Of a DNA stretch of 49,524 nt, positions 18,839 through 28,293 are shown piece after piece. The notes beneath the pieces are model-generated. The model was not told the origin of the DNA and ran no database searches. It worked only from the letters and a program-made list of their open reading frames with translations. Source of the DNA: an archaeon (GTDB lineage Archaea; Iainarchaeota; Iainarchaeia; Iainarchaeales; 0-14-0-20-34-12); assembly GCA_038046645.1 (NCBI GenBank), contig JBBSVU010000010.1, positions 1 to 49,524 of the forward strand, given 5' to 3'. Numbering within the stretch: position 1 is the stretch's first letter; every line of letters begins with the position of its first letter. The translations under genes were made by a program, and so were the position numbers.

Positions 18839-19531
18839 TTAAATCTCTTTGACTGCTTCTTCAAATTCCTTTATCTTTTCCTTTAATTTCTTTGTTGCTG
18901 CCAAAAGCACTTCCTTGTTTTCTATCTGGCCATAACTTTCAACAGTCAAGACAAAGTCATTTGAATATTCTAGTTCAACATTTGGATCTTTCTTTAATTT
19001 CTCAATATCGTTGTTGGTCCATTCATAGGAATCCTTTGTTATTATATCACTGTATTTCTTGATTGATTTTCCTTCCTTGATTTTAGGAAGTTGAGCATAT
19101 GCAATTAAAGCAGGCTGCCATTTTACATGTTCTTTCCCTGTGCCTAAAATAGCAGTCATCTCCAATTTAATTATCTGCCCTTCACTTAATTTTGTAATGG
19201 GTATGTTTTTGAAAGCCACCTCTGCTTTCAGGTCTTGGCTTTCTATATCCGAGCTATACACAATGCACGGGCCTTCTTTTTCCAAAGTTAATTTTAATGT
19301 ATCTTTTTCCCCATATTCTTTCAAATTTGTTTTTATCGGAATTAAGCATAACCTATTTGCAAGCAATTCATCAAACAATACAGAATCATTTCTATATATT
19401 GAGACATTTTCTACAGATAATGTCGGAACATGCGACATGATTGCCCTTCTTATTGTGTTCATGAATGTAGGTGTTGTGTCCCTTATCAATAATTTTAAGG
19501 AATCGTTATCCTCAAGTTTGCTTATCTTCAA
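18839..19531 (-). CDS. rpoD: RNA polymerase subunit Rpo3 (RpoD)
   Basis: NTIRRAIMSHVPT, NDSVLFDE, GTGKEHVKWQP, ESYG; TTG start. Confidence 0.95.
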   Translation of the reverse strand: MKISKLEDNDSLKLLIRDTTPTFMNTIRRAIMSHVPTLSVENVSIYRNDSVLFDELLANRLCLIPIKTNLKEYGEKDTLKLTLEKEGPCIVYSSDIESQDLKAEVAFKNIPITKLSEGQIIKLEMTAILGTGKEHVKWQPALIAYAQLPKIKEGKSIKKYSDIITKDSYEWTNNDIEKLKKDPNVELEYSNDFVLTVESYGQIENKEVLLAATKKLKEKIKEFEEAVKEI

Positions 19532-19542
19532 ATTAACACCTC

Positions 19543-19929
19543 TTATTTCTTAGACCTATATTTCTTTTTTCTCCTGCAGCCATCATGCGGCATAGGGGTT
19601 ACATTTTCAATAGCATTAATCCTTATGCCGTTTCTTGTCAGGCTTCTTATTGCAGCTTCACTGCCCTTTCCTGGATTTTTTGATTTTATCCCGCCAATGC
19701 CCCTTACCTTGACAATTACGCTTGTAATGCCTCTTTCCCTTGCTCTTTCAGCAACCTTTTCCGCTACTTTCATTGCTGTGTAAGGCTCACCTTTTTTATG
19801 GCCGCTTTTTGTTATCTGGCCGCCAGTGCATTTCGCAATTGTTTCTGCACCAGTGATGTCTGTAAGCACAACATGTGTGTTATTTGGCGAAGCATAAATA
19901 TTGACAATTCCTTCCTTAATTTTTTCCAT
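19543..19929 (-). CDS. rps11: 30S ribosomal protein uS11
   Basis: NNTHVVLTDITGAET, VTPMPHDG. Confidence 0.96.
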   Translation of the reverse strand: MEKIKEGIVNIYASPNNTHVVLTDITGAETIAKCTGGQITKSGHKKGEPYTAMKVAEKVAERARERGITSVIVKVRGIGGIKSKNPGKGSEAAIRSLTRNGIRINAIENVTPMPHDGCRRKKKYRSKK

Positions 19930-20518
19930 CAGTTTTCACCTTTTCTGTTTCAATCTTTTCGCCTTCTTTTGCCTCTGCTGCAGGGGCTTCTTCCTTTATG
20001 GGCTCAGCTTTTTTCCCCTTTACTTTTGGCTTTAATTCTATTTTTTTATTGCCATAATATCCAATATGGTCTTCCTCAGATTTTGTTACTAAGTAACTTG
20101 GTGAGGTAACCCTGCGGCCCATTATTGCAATATGCCCATGGGTAATCAATTGCCTTGCCTGCTTGATTGTATTTGCCAAAGCTTTTCTATATACTATAGT
20201 TTGCAATCTTCTTTCAAGTACTGATTCTAATTTCAGGCCTAAAACATCATCTAATGTTGCATCTTTATTTAGCATATTTACTTTTGACAGGCTGTTTATA
20301 AGTTCTCTTTCCCTTTTTACCCTTTGCTCCAAATTGTATGCCAATAAGTTTCTTGCATTCGCTCTTTTGTTTCTTAGCACTGCTTCCATTTTCCTGATTT
20401 CCTTTTTATTAACTAAACCATAATCTTCTAGGGTCTTCTTCTCGTTTTCTATCCTGTCCTTAGCCCATGGTTTTTTAGGGTTCTGATATTTCTTTCTGCT
20501 TTTTTTAGGATCTCCCAT
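19916..20518 (-). CDS. rps4: 30S ribosomal protein uS4
   Basis: MGDPK, YGLVNKKE, LERRLQT, ARQLITHGHI. Confidence 0.97.
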   Translation of the reverse strand: MGDPKKSRKKYQNPKKPWAKDRIENEKKTLEDYGLVNKKEIRKMEAVLRNKRANARNLLAYNLEQRVKRERELINSLSKVNMLNKDATLDDVLGLKLESVLERRLQTIVYRKALANTIKQARQLITHGHIAIMGRRVTSPSYLVTKSEEDHIGYYGNKKIELKPKVKGKKAEPIKEEAPAAEAKEGEKIETEKVKTDGKN

Positions 20519-20538
20519 AATCTATACACCAAATATCA

Positions 20539-21054
20539 TTATTTCTTAGCTTTCTCTGCAGGAGCTGCTGCTTTAGCCTGTGCTCCCTGCTCTTTCTTAA
20601 ATACTCCGACAGTTGTTCCTCCTCTCCTGAATCCTGTCTTTGTCCTTTGTCCCCTGACTGGCAAGCCCAATGCATGCCTTACTCCCTTATATGATTTTGT
20701 CCTTTCCATCCTTTTGACATCCTCCCTTAGTGAAAAGTCCAAATCACTCATAATTAAATGTTTATTATCGCCAGTAACATAGTCCTTTCTCCTATTAAAC
20801 ATCCATTCCGGAATGCTGTGTTTTTCAGGGCTTGTCAATATTCCTTCAATCTTTTTGTCAATTTCTTCAGGTATGTTCCCAAGTTTGCTTTCCTTGCTTA
20901 TGCCGGTTTCTTTTTCGAAAGCAGCAGCTGCTACCTTTGCAAACCTGTGGCTTACTCCCTTTACTGCCATTAATGCCCTTGATATTGTTTTGTTTCCATC
21001 AAGGTCTTTATTCATTATTCTTACAATGTGCCTGAATTCTTCCGGTTTTTCCAT
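20539..21054 (-). CDS. rps13: 30S ribosomal protein uS13
   Basis: IPEWMFNRRKD, YKGVRHALGLPVRGQRT. Confidence 0.97.
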   Translation of the reverse strand: MEKPEEFRHIVRIMNKDLDGNKTISRALMAVKGVSHRFAKVAAAAFEKETGISKESKLGNIPEEIDKKIEGILTSPEKHSIPEWMFNRRKDYVTGDNKHLIMSDLDFSLREDVKRMERTKSYKGVRHALGLPVRGQRTKTGFRRGGTTVGVFKKEQGAQAKAAAPAEKAKK

Positions 21055-21074
21055 TATATGTCACCCAATAAATA

Positions 21075-21296
21075 TTACTTTAATGCTTCAATTATCTCTT
21101 TTTGTGTTGCATGTTCCTTCAACTTTATCACATTATTTGTTGGGAATAACTGCAGAATATTGCATTTCTGCTTCTTTGTTTTTGCCCCAACAATCTCAAC
21201 AGCATTCTTGTCAATGCTTTTGGTAATTATTACTTTTTCTCCGGCATTTCTGCCTGTTTTCTTGTAACATACCCTTCCTGCTGCCATTACCTTCAT
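21075..21296 (-). CDS. rpl14e: 50S ribosomal protein eL14
   Basis: GRVCYKKTGRNAG KOW motif; cmk-eL14 order. Confidence 0.92.
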   Translation of the reverse strand: MKVMAAGRVCYKKTGRNAGEKVIITKSIDKNAVEIVGAKTKKQKCNILQLFPTNNVIKLKEHATQKEIIEALK

Positions 21297-21811
21297 TTTT
21301 TCATCTTCTCCAAATATTTTTTTATCAGTGCAATTATGCCATCTTCATTCAATTTATCTGTATTGAGCACGATATCAAAATTTTGCATATCAAAAATATT
21401 AATACCATACTCATATAAGTATTTCTTTTTCCTTTCATCCTCTTCGTTTTTTATCATCTGTTTTGCGACTATTAAGGGCATTTCCCTGCTTACTACCATC
21501 TTCTTTACCCTATTATTCTCCTTTGATTCAAGGAATACCTTTAATGCTGCATCATTCACAAGCCAAGAAGCCAAAGCGTAATCTGTTATTACATTTTCGC
21601 TTCCTTGCTTCCTGAATATGCCATTGACGGCATTTATGAAAGCTTCCTTCCCAAGCTTGAAATCAAGCTCTTCAACAAGGATATTGTGCTCTTTCGCAAC
21701 ATCCTCTTTTATTTTTTCTTCTGTTAAATATTTCAACCCAAGCTGAAGGGCCAATATTTTGCAAACATTCCTAGTGTTTGTACCAGGCCATCCAGTTATG
21801 GTAATAATCAT
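21293..21811 (-). CDS. cmk: Cytidylate kinase-like protein with degenerate P-loop
   Basis: MIITITGWPGT, YEYGINIFDMQNFDIVLNT; position between eL34 and eL14. Confidence 0.8.
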   Translation of the reverse strand: MIITITGWPGTNTRNVCKILALQLGLKYLTEEKIKEDVAKEHNILVEELDFKLGKEAFINAVNGIFRKQGSENVITDYALASWLVNDAALKVFLESKENNRVKKMVVSREMPLIVAKQMIKNEEDERKKKYLYEYGINIFDMQNFDIVLNTDKLNEDGIIALIKKYLEKMKK

Positions 21812-21826
21812 TATCTCAGGTAACCT

Positions 21827-22126
21827 CTACATTTTGTTGATTGCCATCTCAACATACTTTTTTATCTCTAATTTTATTTGGTCGCTTGCTTTTACGCCGG
21901 TTTTTACCTTTGCTGCTTCAGTTATTATTCTTGTGCTGCAATTGTTGCAGAGCAATCCCCCGAAAATCCTTGAAGGCCTTCTTTCGGTTTTTGACCCTTT
22001 TCTGCTTACTCCTAAAACAAAGTTTCTGCATATGGGGCATCTTGCCTTTTTAGACCTTTTCTTCACTGACCTTATTTTTGCTTCCCCCTTCGGAGTCCTT
22101 ATTTTTTTAGCGTTTCTAAGAACCAT
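21827..22126 (-). CDS. rpl34e: 50S ribosomal protein eL34
   Basis: RTPKG, CPIC, KTERRPSRIFGGLLCNNC. Confidence 0.93.
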   Translation of the reverse strand: MVLRNAKKIRTPKGEAKIRSVKKRSKKARCPICRNFVLGVSRKGSKTERRPSRIFGGLLCNNCSTRIITEAAKVKTGVKASDQIKLEIKKYVEMAINKM

Positions 22127-22138
22127 AATATCACATAT

Positions 22139-22615
22139 TTACATTTTTTTCTTGTTAACAATCTCAATTATTTTCATAACTATTGAAACAACTACCGAAC
22201 TTATTAAAGCCATAAGGATATACCATCCAAGCCATCCAACATCCGGGCCAAAGAATGGCAATTCAAAAGGCAAGGGAATAATAATTCCATTGTACCATTC
22301 CTTTATGAAATATAATGCTATGATGAATACAGGAAATGAGAACAACATGTATTTCATATTGCCCTGCATCATCTCCTTGGTTATATCCAAATATTCCTTC
22401 TGAATCTCTCCAAGTTCTTTCTTTGATTTTTCATCAGTCTTTTTCATCAATTCATTCATCTTAGGCTGCATTTCCTTCATTTTCTTCTGATCATCCTTCA
22501 GTTTTTTCTGGTTTATGAATTTCATTCTCATAACCTGCGAAATTATTGCAATGGCAAATGCAATAATTGCAATATCAATTGCTGTATCAATAAAAACCAT
22601 ATTACCACATATCAC
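22139..22615 (-). CDS. DUF106 (EMC3/TMCO1/Oxa1-superfamily) membrane protein
   Basis: TM, coiled coil, TM; GWLGWYI motif; follows secY. Confidence 0.9.
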   Translation of the reverse strand: MICGNMVFIDTAIDIAIIAFAIAIISQVMRMKFINQKKLKDDQKKMKEMQPKMNELMKKTDEKSKKELGEIQKEYLDITKEMMQGNMKYMLFSFPVFIIALYFIKEWYNGIIIPLPFELPFFGPDVGWLGWYILMALISSVVVSIVMKIIEIVNKKKM

Positions 22616-23982
22616 TGTTTAGAAAGCATCTTCTGCAATAAAGGATAGTTGTCCAATATTTGTTGGTGTGCTAATTCTTCATATAATTTATATACTATTC
22701 CAACTGTTAATAAAATCCCTGTTCCTGATGTTAATCCGCCCAATAACATGTTTCCCAATCCGGCCAATAATCCAACAAAGATCGAGCCCATTATTGTTAT
22801 TTGCGGAATATATCTATCAAGAACATTTTCAATTATTCTCTTGTCTCTCCTGAATCCCGGAATATACATTCCTGAATTTTGCAATTGCTGTGCAATATTT
22901 GAAGATGACTGCCCGCCTAATTCTACCCATAATTTTCCAAATACGACACAGAAAATAACCATTAACAGCAAATATACAATTCCTTGCAATAACTCTGGTG
23001 CCATGGCAATTAATCCAGTAAAACCTTCTCCAGATATTGCCAAAACAATTTTTGTGAAAAGGTTGAATGGAGTGCCTGTTGCCCATGCTAGTCCGTCTAA
23101 AATACTATTTACAAGTGGGATGCCTTTTGCAGCAAATGCCCATATTTTTACATTTGCAAACAAGGCTGTTGCTAAAATAACCGGCATTACTGAAACATAA
23201 AGGAATTTTACAGGATATCTTCCGCCTAATCCCCTATTGCCCATTGTTATCGGGATATTCACATGCATAGCATGCGCATATGTTACAATTAGGAAGATTA
23301 TTATTGTAAGCAACACTGGCAACAAGATTATGAAATTAACACCAGTGCCAAAGCTTGCAATAAATTTTAGGATAATTCCGCCTGCAGGCTGTATTGCACT
23401 AATGCCTGGAAGCATCATTAACTGCCATAAGAATGATGCTGAAACATTTCCCGCAATAAATAACCCAATGCCTGAACCAATTCCATATTTGCTTACTACC
23501 TCATCCATGTACATTAAAATAATTCCACCAAAAGCTACCTGCAATAACACAGGCAAGAACATGCCTGGCATAGGTTTTAGCATGCCTGATATAATATATA
23601 CTGCACCCTCAAAGAAACATAATATTATTGTCAGTATTTTTTGCAATGACTGGAATGCTACCCTTCCCTCCATTGTGCTTACGTCTATTTTTATAATCTG
23701 CCCACCAATTAACAATTGCAATACAATTGAAGAAAGTACAATCGGACCAATACCTAATGTTATTAATGTCCCTATGTCACTCGCAAGAATTATCTGCAAT
23801 CCTGCTAATTGTTCAATTGCCGCTTCAGACAAACCCATTAGCGTGATTTTTCCCAAAGCAAAGAAGATTAATAAAATGCCTAATGACCATATTATTTTAT
23901 TTTTCAGGCTTGGCTCTGCTGTAGGTTTTTTTACCTCAGGAATAAGCCTGAACAATGGCATCAAAGCATTAGTAATTCCCAT
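22612..23982 (-). CDS. secY: Preprotein translocase SecY
   Basis: LGIGPIV, GIGSGIGLFI, YPVKFLYVSVMP, IPGFRRD, GTGILLTV. Confidence 0.98.
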   Translation of the reverse strand: MGITNALMPLFRLIPEVKKPTAEPSLKNKIIWSLGILLIFFALGKITLMGLSEAAIEQLAGLQIILASDIGTLITLGIGPIVLSSIVLQLLIGGQIIKIDVSTMEGRVAFQSLQKILTIILCFFEGAVYIISGMLKPMPGMFLPVLLQVAFGGIILMYMDEVVSKYGIGSGIGLFIAGNVSASFLWQLMMLPGISAIQPAGGIILKFIASFGTGVNFIILLPVLLTIIIFLIVTYAHAMHVNIPITMGNRGLGGRYPVKFLYVSVMPVILATALFANVKIWAFAAKGIPLVNSILDGLAWATGTPFNLFTKIVLAISGEGFTGLIAMAPELLQGIVYLLLMVIFCVVFGKLWVELGGQSSSNIAQQLQNSGMYIPGFRRDKRIIENVLDRYIPQITIMGSIFVGLLAGLGNMLLGGLTSGTGILLTVGIVYKLYEELAHQQILDNYPLLQKMLSKQ

Positions 23983-23994
23983 TTAAGCACCTTT

Positions 23995-24408
23995 TTACTC
24001 TTCTATCTCTCCATCTGCTTCAGTTATTTTGGCCCTTGCCTTTTCACTCAATTTTACATTTTTTACCAAGTATTTATGATTCAATTTCCCTGAACTTAAT
24101 AATTTGGCTATTCCCAAAATCTTGCCATCAATGACAAAATAATCCTCATCCTTTGTTACCAATTTTTGCTTTAATAAATTATCCAATTTTTCCTCAACCC
24201 AGCTTAGGTTTACAGCACTTCCCCTTTCCTTCATCTTTAGTTTTGGCTCTTTAGCCTCATTCCTGTACATTAACTTTTTGTGTTTCCATGAACCAGCTCG
24301 CCCTCTTCCGCCTGTGCTTCCTCCGCTTCTTCTATTCTTAACATTTCCCCAGCCATGGCTTCTGTTTCCTCTTAGCTTGTTCTTCTTCCTTCTTTTTCTT
24401 TCAACCAT
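23995..24408 (-). CDS. rpl15: 50S ribosomal protein uL15
   Basis: RGNRSHGWG, GGRGRAG, ARAKITEADG. Confidence 0.95.
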   Translation of the reverse strand: MVERKRRKKNKLRGNRSHGWGNVKNRRSGGSTGGRGRAGSWKHKKLMYRNEAKEPKLKMKERGSAVNLSWVEEKLDNLLKQKLVTKDEDYFVIDGKILGIAKLLSSGKLNHKYLVKNVKLSEKARAKITEADGEIEE

Positions 24409-24433
24409 ATAAAACCACAAATTTATTCAAATA

Positions 24434-24895
24434 TTAAGCCATCCTCATTATTAATAAATTTATTTTTTCAGCCCTGTATCCAAGCGCCCCTCCAACTTTG
24501 AAATTCTTTTTTATCCCTTCCCTTTCATAACCCTTGCTTGGCGGGTTTAATCTGAATACCGGCTTTATTCCTAACTTAGCAAGGATTTTTTTGTCCTTGT
24601 TTGCTTGCTCAGCCAGTTCTTTGAATGAATTAACTTTATTCTTTTTTAAATATTCCAAGGACAGTCTTTTATCCCCTGACAATCTTGCCCTTTTTTCAAG
24701 CAGATATTCTAATGTTTCCAAAGAAATCTTGCCCCATGTAATATAATCCTGGACTTTTTTTAACATTCCGTTGTTTGATTCATTTTCTTCAATCAAAGAT
24801 AAATGGTTGCATCTTGTAAGATTAAGCATCTTCATTGTATCCCTAAATATCTGCTTTAACTGAACATTTCCCCTTACTCTTATTACAGCATACAT
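24434..24895 (-). CDS. rpl30: 50S ribosomal protein uL30
   Basis: AVIRVRG, GMLKKVQDYITWG, FRLNPPSKG. Confidence 0.96.
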   Translation of the reverse strand: MYAVIRVRGNVQLKQIFRDTMKMLNLTRCNHLSLIEENESNNGMLKKVQDYITWGKISLETLEYLLEKRARLSGDKRLSLEYLKKNKVNSFKELAEQANKDKKILAKLGIKPVFRLNPPSKGYEREGIKKNFKVGGALGYRAEKINLLIMRMA

Positions 24896-24907
24896 ATAAT
24901 CAACCCA

Positions 24908-25597
24908 CTATTTCCCCAATTTTTCGATATCAGGCGATACCTTTAATTTCGTTGTTTTTGATAAAGCATCTATTGCCGCAGTTACATAATTCAATGATGT
25001 CCTGCTGTCTCCCCTTGTTTTTCCCCATACATCCTTTATGCCTGCATATGCAATAACATCCTTTATTTTATCCCCAACTACCAAACCCACACCTCTAGGG
25101 GCTGGCATTAATTTTACTTTTACTGATGAGCATTCACCTTCAACCTTGAAAGGAACAGAATGGTTTGTTCCACAAGTACATTCCCAGCTTCCGCATCCGG
25201 ATTTTACCCTTACTAGATTTAAGCGGGCTTTTCTTGAAGCCTTTCTTAATGCGGACAATCTTTCCTTGTCCTTTCCTAGCCCTAATCCAACATAGCCGTT
25301 TTTATTTCCTACAAGAACAGCTACCCTAAATGCGAATTTTCTTCCAGCCCTTACAACCCTTGCGGTTTTTGTTGTATCCACTGTTTTCTCAGTCAATGAA
25401 GCTAATGAATCAACAATTTCTGGCTCCATTATCTTCATTTTTCCATTAAATATTTCATCCAAATTTGTTATTTTGCCTTCCATTACCATTTTTCCCAATC
25501 TGGTTTTTGGAATCCAGTTAATAGGTATTTCAGCATCAATGGATTCTTCCTGCCTATTGGCCCTTTTCCCTCTCTTTAATTTTCTATCTTCGTTCAT
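24908..25597 (-). CDS. rps5: 30S ribosomal protein uS5
   Basis: WIPKTRLG, GCGSWEC, PAPRGVGL. Confidence 0.97.
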   Translation of the reverse strand: MNEDRKLKRGKRANRQEESIDAEIPINWIPKTRLGKMVMEGKITNLDEIFNGKMKIMEPEIVDSLASLTEKTVDTTKTARVVRAGRKFAFRVAVLVGNKNGYVGLGLGKDKERLSALRKASRKARLNLVRVKSGCGSWECTCGTNHSVPFKVEGECSSVKVKLMPAPRGVGLVVGDKIKDVIAYAGIKDVWGKTRGDSRTSLNYVTAAIDALSKTTKLKVSPDIEKLGK

Positions 25598-25599
25598 TT

Positions 25600-26175
25600 T
25601 TACACCTTGCTCTCATCAATCTTTTTCTTTGATGCATTGAATACATTTACTATGTTTTTCGGGTCAAGTCCCTGTTTTAAATATTCTGAAAATCTTTTTT
25701 CTAATTTTTCCTTATCCAATGCCTTGGCATAATTCTCAATTGTTTTCCCGCTGTACATATCTTCGGTTGGCAGCACAATTACATCAACCGGAATTGCCAT
25801 GCCAGAATCAAGCAAACCCTTTACAATTGCAAATAACCTTGATTTATGGTGCGGTGTTTGTATGCCTATATCCACAATAGCTTCATTAACCCCTTTTGCA
25901 ATTGCCCTTTTTCCTAATAAATATCCTGTAAGATAGCATGATGGGATATTTTTATTTCCTTTAAATCCAAATCCGTTAAGTTCTTTTGAGAATGCCGCAA
26001 CAATTGTTTCATCGCCATTTCGTGAATATTTTACCAATTGTGCACTTACATACTTATTTGATTTCCTTAGCACTAAGCGGTGTTTTTCGGATTTTAACAA
26101 AGCCAGCCTTTTGCTGTAATCTGTCTCTTTGTTTCTCCTTCTTTTCAATGGAATCTCATGCCTTACCTTACTCAT
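25600..26175 (-). CDS. rpl18: 50S ribosomal protein uL18
   Basis: TDYSKRLALLKS, RLVLRKSN, YLTGYL. Confidence 0.96.
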   Translation of the reverse strand: MSKVRHEIPLKRRRNKETDYSKRLALLKSEKHRLVLRKSNKYVSAQLVKYSRNGDETIVAAFSKELNGFGFKGNKNIPSCYLTGYLLGKRAIAKGVNEAIVDIGIQTPHHKSRLFAIVKGLLDSGMAIPVDVIVLPTEDMYSGKTIENYAKALDKEKLEKRFSEYLKQGLDPKNIVNVFNASKKKIDESKV

Positions 26176-26187
26176 TTTATCACTCTA

Positions 26188-26634
26188 TTATATTTTTTTG
26201 CCTTTTACAACTGCTTCAAGGTATCTTTGGCCCCTGAAGAAATTGCCTGATATTCTGCTGTATAATTTTCTATAACCAATTTTTTCAACATCCTTTGGGT
26301 GCTCTTTTTTCAATCGCAATAATTCCTTTCTCAACCGCCTTACTTTTCTTACCCAATTTCTTTTATGCTCTGCCCTCACTTTTTGTGTGCCCTTTCTTTT
26401 GCCAAATCCTCTTTTTCTCCCTTTTTTTCTTGATGTTGTAGCATCCCTGCTCCTTCCCCGGCTTTGCTCATTTGTTTTCCTTTTTGTTATTACTTTATCT
26501 TTAATCAGCTGCCTTACATCATCCTTTGTAATTGATTCCTTTATTCTGCTAACTTGTGTAGCATCAACATATAAGTGGCCTTTTCCGACATTTAGGATTC
26601 TTGCTGCGTGTTCCTTAGCCCTATTAACATTCAT
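26188..26634 (-). CDS. rpl19e: 50S ribosomal protein eL19
   Basis: SRGR, GRKRGFGKRKG, WVRKVR. Confidence 0.96.
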   Translation of the reverse strand: MNVNRAKEHAARILNVGKGHLYVDATQVSRIKESITKDDVRQLIKDKVITKRKTNEQSRGRSRDATTSRKKGRKRGFGKRKGTQKVRAEHKRNWVRKVRRLRKELLRLKKEHPKDVEKIGYRKLYSRISGNFFRGQRYLEAVVKGKKI

Positions 26635-26643
26635 ATCTTCACC

Positions 26644-27165
26644 TTAATACCTGTAATTTAATACCCGTAACCCTAATTCATTTGCTTTTTTAACTATCTC
26701 AATCCTTTTTCTTTTTCCTACCTTTCCTGCTACCCTTACTACAAAAGGATTTTTTTCCTTTGAACTAATCATTAATTCTTCAATATTATTTACTGTTTTT
26801 TCAGGATAGCCTGATGGGTGCAGATGCCTTATTTCTTTTGCAAACCTGTAACCTATTTTTGGCCTGTATCCATCATGCTGTTTCATCTCTATATCTATTC
26901 CCCTTGGAACTCTCCAGCGCTGCCATTTCTTGTTGCTTATTCGTCTTATCCTTCTCTTGCCGAAGCGCCCTCTGAACAGCACATGCTTTTTGCCTCTAAT
27001 CTTTTTTTGTTTTTTAAGTATTTCTTTTGGAATCTCCTTTCTCTTCTTCTCTGGCTTTGCCTTTGTTTTTACCGGTTCTTTCTTAGCTGTTGCTTTAGGC
27101 TCTACCTTTGATTCCTTTTTTAGTTCAACCTTTTTTGATGTGCCTGATTTTTGCATTTTCTTCAC
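26644..27165 (-). CDS. rpl32e: 50S ribosomal protein eL32 with Lys/Glu N-terminal extension
   Basis: WRVPRGID, PKIGY, RHLHPSG; start probably 27156. Confidence 0.94.
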   Translation of the reverse strand: MKKMQKSGTSKKVELKKESKVEPKATAKKEPVKTKAKPEKKRKEIPKEILKKQKKIRGKKHVLFRGRFGKRRIRRISNKKWQRWRVPRGIDIEMKQHDGYRPKIGYRFAKEIRHLHPSGYPEKTVNNIEELMISSKEKNPFVVRVAGKVGKRKRIEIVKKANELGLRVLNYRY

Positions 27166-27168
27166 CTG

Positions 27169-27729
27169 TTACTTTGCTATCCCTGTTTCTTTTTTGTATA
27201 AATATATGCCATCATGGAATACCCTTAAATCAAAGTTCTTTACCCTTGATGCTGCTTCCAAATTTGCTGCAGTCTGCCCTACTTCGTATTTGTTGCATCC
27301 GCTTACAGTAATATCCTTGCCTTTTATCTCGACTGCTGTTTCCCCTATAATCTTTGCGATTCTCACTTTTTTGCCTCCTATGAAATTATTTATCTCAACA
27401 GTTTTATCCTTTTTTTGTATGTTCATAGGGAAATGTGAGTAAATAACCTTTAACCTGTAAATGTATCCGTTCTGTACTCCAACAACCATATTTTTGATAT
27501 GGGCAATAAGTGCGTTTACCTTTGCAACGCTCTTCTTTTTTGAATCATTTGCTGCTGCAACAATCTTATTGCCTTTCTTTTCAATCGTTATGCCTTCAGC
27601 AATGAATTTATTTGTAACTTTTTTATTTCCTTTTGTAAGCGTTAATATATTATCGCTTAGTTCGATGGAAATATCTGCGGGAATTTCAATTTCTTCAATC
27701 TTTGCTTCCTTTTTTGTTTCTTTTTTCAT
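27169..27729 (-). CDS. rpl6: 50S ribosomal protein uL6
   Basis: YSHFP, NFIG, VGQTAA, DLRVFHDGIY. Confidence 0.97.
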   Translation of the reverse strand: MKKETKKEAKIEEIEIPADISIELSDNILTLTKGNKKVTNKFIAEGITIEKKGNKIVAAANDSKKKSVAKVNALIAHIKNMVVGVQNGYIYRLKVIYSHFPMNIQKKDKTVEINNFIGGKKVRIAKIIGETAVEIKGKDITVSGCNKYEVGQTAANLEAASRVKNFDLRVFHDGIYLYKKETGIAK

Positions 27730-27740
27730 TTTCTCATCCT

Positions 27741-28142
27741 TTAGTAAATATAAGCTAATAATCTTCCGCCAAGGTGTTTTTTCAGTACTTCCTTGTGAGT
27801 GAATACCCCTTGCGGGGTTGATATTATTATGATTCCAATATCCTTGCTTGGCAGATATCTTTTTTCATATTTTTCAATTTCATTATTTTTTACCGCATAC
27901 CTTGGCTTTATTGCCCTGCATTCATTTATTTTTCCAGCTAATTTTATTTGGTAAATATTTTCTCGGCCATCATCTATTGTCTCATATCCTTCGATATATC
28001 CTGTATCCTTCATTACATCAAGGATCTTCCCAAGCAGTTTTGAGGCAGGCCTGCAATGGCATTCTTTTATTACTGCCCTTTCTGCATTCTTTATCGCGAT
28101 GAGCGAATCTGCCAATGGGTCCATTTTAGTCATTTTCTTCAC
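27741..28142 (-). CDS. rps8: 30S ribosomal protein uS8
   Basis: DPLADSL, IKPR, EKRYLPS, STPQG, GGRLLAY; start probably 28133. Confidence 0.97.
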   Translation of the reverse strand: MKKMTKMDPLADSLIAIKNAERAVIKECHCRPASKLLGKILDVMKDTGYIEGYETIDDGRENIYQIKLAGKINECRAIKPRYAVKNNEIEKYEKRYLPSKDIGIIIISTPQGVFTHKEVLKKHLGGRLLAYIY

Positions 28143-28160
28143 CTATTTTAATATATCTCA

Positions 28161-28286
28161 TTAACCAAATTTCCTGAAGCCAAGTTTTTCTGCGACTTCC
28201 TTGAAACAACGCCTGCAATACATTAAACCATATTTTCTTATCAGGCCCTTGTTGTTTTTACACATTCTACATTTTAAGTGATTCAT
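28161..28286 (-). CDS. rps14: 30S ribosomal protein uS14 (not in ORF track)
   Basis: Manual translation MNHLKCRMCKNNKGLIRKYGLMYCRRCFKEVAEKLGFRKFG between uL5 and uS8. Confidence 0.96.
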   Translation of the reverse strand: MNHLKCRMCKNNKGLIRKYGLMYCRRCFKEVAEKLGFRKFG

Positions 28287-28293
28287 AAGTATC

